Positions 61,000 through 64,000 of a DNA stretch of 64,000 nt are shown piece by piece; the first letter of the stretch is position 1; the number at the start of each line of letters is the position of its first letter. This stretch comes from Podarcis pityusensis (lineage: Eukaryota). The position numbers and the translations under genes are program-made. Below the pieces are notes generated by a model. The model saw nothing but the letters and a program-made list of their open reading frames with translations. It searched no databases and had not been told where the DNA came from. The DNA lies in the NCBI GenBank assembly GCA_964106645.2, contig CAXKZF020000137.1. The stretch is one strand, 5' to 3'.

Positions 61000-63201
61000 T
61001 CAGTCCACGTCGTCGAAGATCGACTCGCCATCCGGCACCGGAGCAGGCCTGCGGGCTGTGACCATCTCGTCGTCGGGGATTGACTCGGTGCCGTCGTCGA
61101 TCCCGACGTTGGAGCGCCAGGCGACCAAGGCCAGCCCCGGGTCGTCAGGGTCTGGGGTCGGATCTTCCTCGACCACTCCCCACGAACCGTCACCGAGCTC
61201 GAGGAGATCTCCCGGCGCCAGCTCGTAGGCGTTCATGAGCTCTTCGGGGTCGTTGTACCCGGCGAACTCGTCGAGCTCACCGTCGGCCTCGGGGCCTGCC
61301 AGGTCGGGCACCGCGCCGTCGTCCCCGACCGCCTGAAGGTGGCGTCGGGCGCGAGCGGTCTCCTCCTCGCGGCTCTCGCCGGGCACCCGCTCTTGCCCAA
61401 CGCGAAGAACGGCGACTGGCGAAGCTGCCATGCGGCCGTCGACCGGGTTGGCCGCAGCGGCACGCAAGGGGTCCAGGTCGGGACGGTCGTCGGCGTAGTG
61501 CCACGCAGCACCGACGTAGTTATCGAAGGTGGGGGCGACCTCGTCCCCGGTCTCAGGGTCATAGCTGGTCTGTGGGACCTCGATGACCAGCCGGCGGTGT
61601 CGACGCTCCGCAGGTCGAAGCGCCTCGAGAAGAGCCGCTTCCTTGCTTCCCTCGGGGGCATCCACGTCTGGGAAACGGAAGAACTGGGCCTCGGCAGGCT
61701 GGCCGCTGGGGACGGTGACCATCCCGCGCTGGCGCAGACCGTGGGGGATGGCCACGCCTGTGGCCGCGCTCTGCCACATCATCATCGCGCCCTGAGGCTC
61801 GAGCCGGCCCACGCTCATGCGGAAGCCGAAGTTCGAGCGAGCTTCACCGCCGCCGCTGCCGCCTCCACCGAGGAGCGCGACGTCGGGGCGCTGCATCGAG
61901 ACGACGAGATGGACGCGGGCGCTGCGGGCCAGACGAAGGAGCGAACCGATCTGCTTGAGGGTGGGCGGCTTGTTGGCCTTGCCGGACTTGACGTCGGGGT
62001 ACCACGCCAGCAGGTTCTGGACCATCTCAGTGAGCTCGTCGAGCACCACCACGAGCGGCTCGAAGTCGGAGCGCTTCGCCCGGCCGGACTTGATCAGGTT
62101 GTACCGCTCAGTCATCACTCGCTCGGCCGCGTCGATGAGGGCGACCTGCTCCTGGATGGAGGTCGCGACCATCTGCACGTTGGGCCAGTCCCGGAAAGAC
62201 AGCCACTCGATTTGCTTGCCGTCCCCGATCCACACCGGCCATCCGCGGCGGGTGATCTCGCACAGCAGCGAGTACATCGTCGAGGTCTTGCCCGATCCGG
62301 TGCCGCCGCTGATGAGGACCTGGGGCAGCAGCGAGGGCACCCATTCGATGAGTCGACCGTCTTCGTCCATGGCGACCCGGATCCGCACCCTGTCGTAGTC
62401 GGCGAGGAGGTCGTCACCGGCCTCGGGTGCGTCGGCGGGCAACCAGAGGCTGGTGGGTAGCACCGGGCGCCGTTCGAAGCGAACGGTGTCGCCCGACAGG
62501 TCCCACCGGGCACGCCATCTGTCGGGCTGGATGGTGGTGACCCGGCTCTCGATTGCCCGACGAACCGCTGGCTGAGCCAGCCGGGTGGGGTCTCGGTGGG
62601 CAGCGCTGAGGGCGCACAGGTGCCCGTCGTCGTCGAACTCGACGCCAAGGATGGAGCCGGTCTCTCCGAGGAGCTTCATGACCGAGTCCTCGAGGCGCCG
62701 CTGCTCGTGCGGTCGTGCGTCGTCGTCGGCGGGGCGAAGGCGTTCGGGCACGAGCGCGACCCGCCGGTTGGGCCCGTCGAGGTCGTCGATGACGTATCGC
62801 TCCCCCAGTCGGGTCGACACCGCCTCGGCTAGACGACCCTTCCACTTGGGGTCGTAATCAGCCTGATGCGCCACATATGACAGCTCCACCCTCGAGATCC
62901 CGCCCTGGCCGTCGTGAACCACGCGGACCATCTCTCGTGAGGGCCCGCCGATCAGGGGGGCCAACGTGGTGGCCAGGGAGTCGCGCACCTGGTGACGTTG
63001 CCAGGTGCGTCGCCCCTGGAAGAACGTCGCACCTCCTAGCAGGAAACCCCCGGCCAGCGTGGGGACGTCCCACCCGGGATACCCCACGATCGGCAGGACC
63101 CCCCACCCGGCGACACCGGCACCGGCAAAAGCCAACGCCCGGGTGCGGTAGTCCCGGGGGGCGGCCTGGATCAGGTCGTGCTCGCCCGCGCCCGTGGTCA
63201 T
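61000..63201 (-). CDS. FtsK/SpoIIIE (TraB-like) DNA translocase
   Basis: Two N-terminal TM, GGTGSGKT, DGKQIE, VVLDE, RLARSARVH..QRPD. Confidence 0.88.
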   Translation of the reverse strand: MTTGAGEHDLIQAAPRDYRTRALAFAGAGVAGWGVLPIVGYPGWDVPTLAGGFLLGGATFFQGRRTWQRHQVRDSLATTLAPLIGGPSREMVRVVHDGQGGISRVELSYVAHQADYDPKWKGRLAEAVSTRLGERYVIDDLDGPNRRVALVPERLRPADDDARPHEQRRLEDSVMKLLGETGSILGVEFDDDGHLCALSAAHRDPTRLAQPAVRRAIESRVTTIQPDRWRARWDLSGDTVRFERRPVLPTSLWLPADAPEAGDDLLADYDRVRIRVAMDEDGRLIEWVPSLLPQVLISGGTGSGKTSTMYSLLCEITRRGWPVWIGDGKQIEWLSFRDWPNVQMVATSIQEQVALIDAAERVMTERYNLIKSGRAKRSDFEPLVVVLDELTEMVQNLLAWYPDVKSGKANKPPTLKQIGSLLRLARSARVHLVVSMQRPDVALLGGGGSGGGEARSNFGFRMSVGRLEPQGAMMMWQSAATGVAIPHGLRQRGMVTVPSGQPAEAQFFRFPDVDAPEGSKEAALLEALRPAERRHRRLVIEVPQTSYDPETGDEVAPTFDNYVGAAWHYADDRPDLDPLRAAAANPVDGRMAASPVAVLRVGQERVPGESREEETARARRHLQAVGDDGAVPDLAGPEADGELDEFAGYNDPEELMNAYELAPGDLLELGDGSWGVVEEDPTPDPDDPGLALVAWRSNVGIDDGTESIPDDEMVTARRPAPVPDGESIFDDVD

Positions 63202-63500
63202 CAAGACACCTGCGCCATCGGCTCGCTTGCCGCGCGCTCGTGTGTCAGGACGTGGCACCCCGCATGCCCTGGCACCTCGTCTGGCCCCTGGAGGGTCGCG
63301 GGCATGACGGCAGCGATCCGGCAATGGGTGGCGGGGTGCGCGAGGTTCATACCTACGAAGAGGTGCGTGGGGGTGTCGCTCTTGGAAGCGTGGACACACA
63401 GAAGGTGGCGGCGCCTGTGACGCCACCACCTCCGCGCACTGCTTATTCGTAGTAGCCCCACGGTACCGCCGGACCTGCACTGCAATCCAGACAGGATCAC
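63201..63500 (-). CDS. hypothetical protein
   Basis: TGATG coupling to the FtsK start. Confidence 0.35.
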   Translation of the reverse strand: MILSGLQCRSGGTVGLLRISSARRWWRHRRRHLLCVHASKSDTPTHLFVGMNLAHPATHCRIAAVMPATLQGPDEVPGHAGCHVLTHERAASEPMAQVS

Positions 63501-63843
63501 TCGCCGCGAGAACTCAGGTTGGAGGTGCTGCCGTCCCTCGAACGGGCTTGGGCCTACACCGACGGCGTCTGGGGGCCACGACGCGGCGCCTCGTTGACCA
63601 GCCGCCGCTTGGGGATCGTCAGCATCGGTCTGCCACGCCCATCTCGACCTCGGCGCGGATCCTGAACGGGGATGACCTCGCCGTCGTCCTCGGACGCCTT
63701 CTTCGTAGCTCCCATGATCATCAGCCTCCTCATTCGTCAGGTGTGGTCATTCCGGCACGTCGCTGAGCTGGACGACGGTTCGGCGGCCGCTGCTGCCGTC
63801 GGGCCGGGTGTAGCGCACGCTCTCCTTGCCCACGACCACAAGG

Positions 63844-64000
63844 TGAATCGCCCCGGGTCTGATGGAGGCTCTCAATCCTGGGAAGGATGATGAGAGTCAT
63901 GGCAGCACCGAGGAAGTACAGCGTCGAGCTCCAGGCGAGGGCCACGCGGATGGCGTTGGATGCCCGGGGGGACCCGGAGTCGGCGCGGGGGGCGATCAAG
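63844..64000 (+). mobile_element. second copy of IS6110-like element, runs off window
   Basis: Same left IR and orfA start as 17920. Confidence 0.95.

Noticed and set aside
1-64000. CRISPR array, rRNA or tRNA genes
   Set aside because: No regularly spaced repeats or recognisable structural RNA seen

Overview
High-GC actinobacterial DNA (Micrococcales/Intrasporangiaceae-like by gene content; inference) that reads as a mosaic accessory region, probably part of a linear plasmid or a plasmid-derived island. From left to right: catabolic genes (meta-cleavage hydrolase, RpiR/MFS/amidohydrolase unit, a TetR regulon with four ATGT-N11-ACAT operators); IS3 elements around a secreted zinc metalloprotease and a lipoprotein; a HicAB toxin-antitoxin pair; a sialic-acid (nan) uptake and catabolism cluster; a serine resolvase; then a ~9 kb stretch of small modules (lipoprotein, two ECF sigma/anti-sigma pairs, secreted and surface proteins, a secreted S1 protease). 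After a 200-N scaffold gap lies a linear-replicon core (Tpg-like terminal protein, Tap-like polymerase, HNH nuclease, FtsK/TraB). Two observations stand out. (1) An anti-sigma factor whose extracellular domain is a copy of the propeptide of the convergently encoded secreted protease, with a 250-bp near-identical inverted repeat shared by the two genes. (2) Six copies of the resolvase crossover site (res site I), some as hybrid scars, sitting between the gene modules like an integron-style cassette array. Many genes carry single-base frameshifts that are probably sequencing errors. All family assignments come from motif recognition, not database searches.
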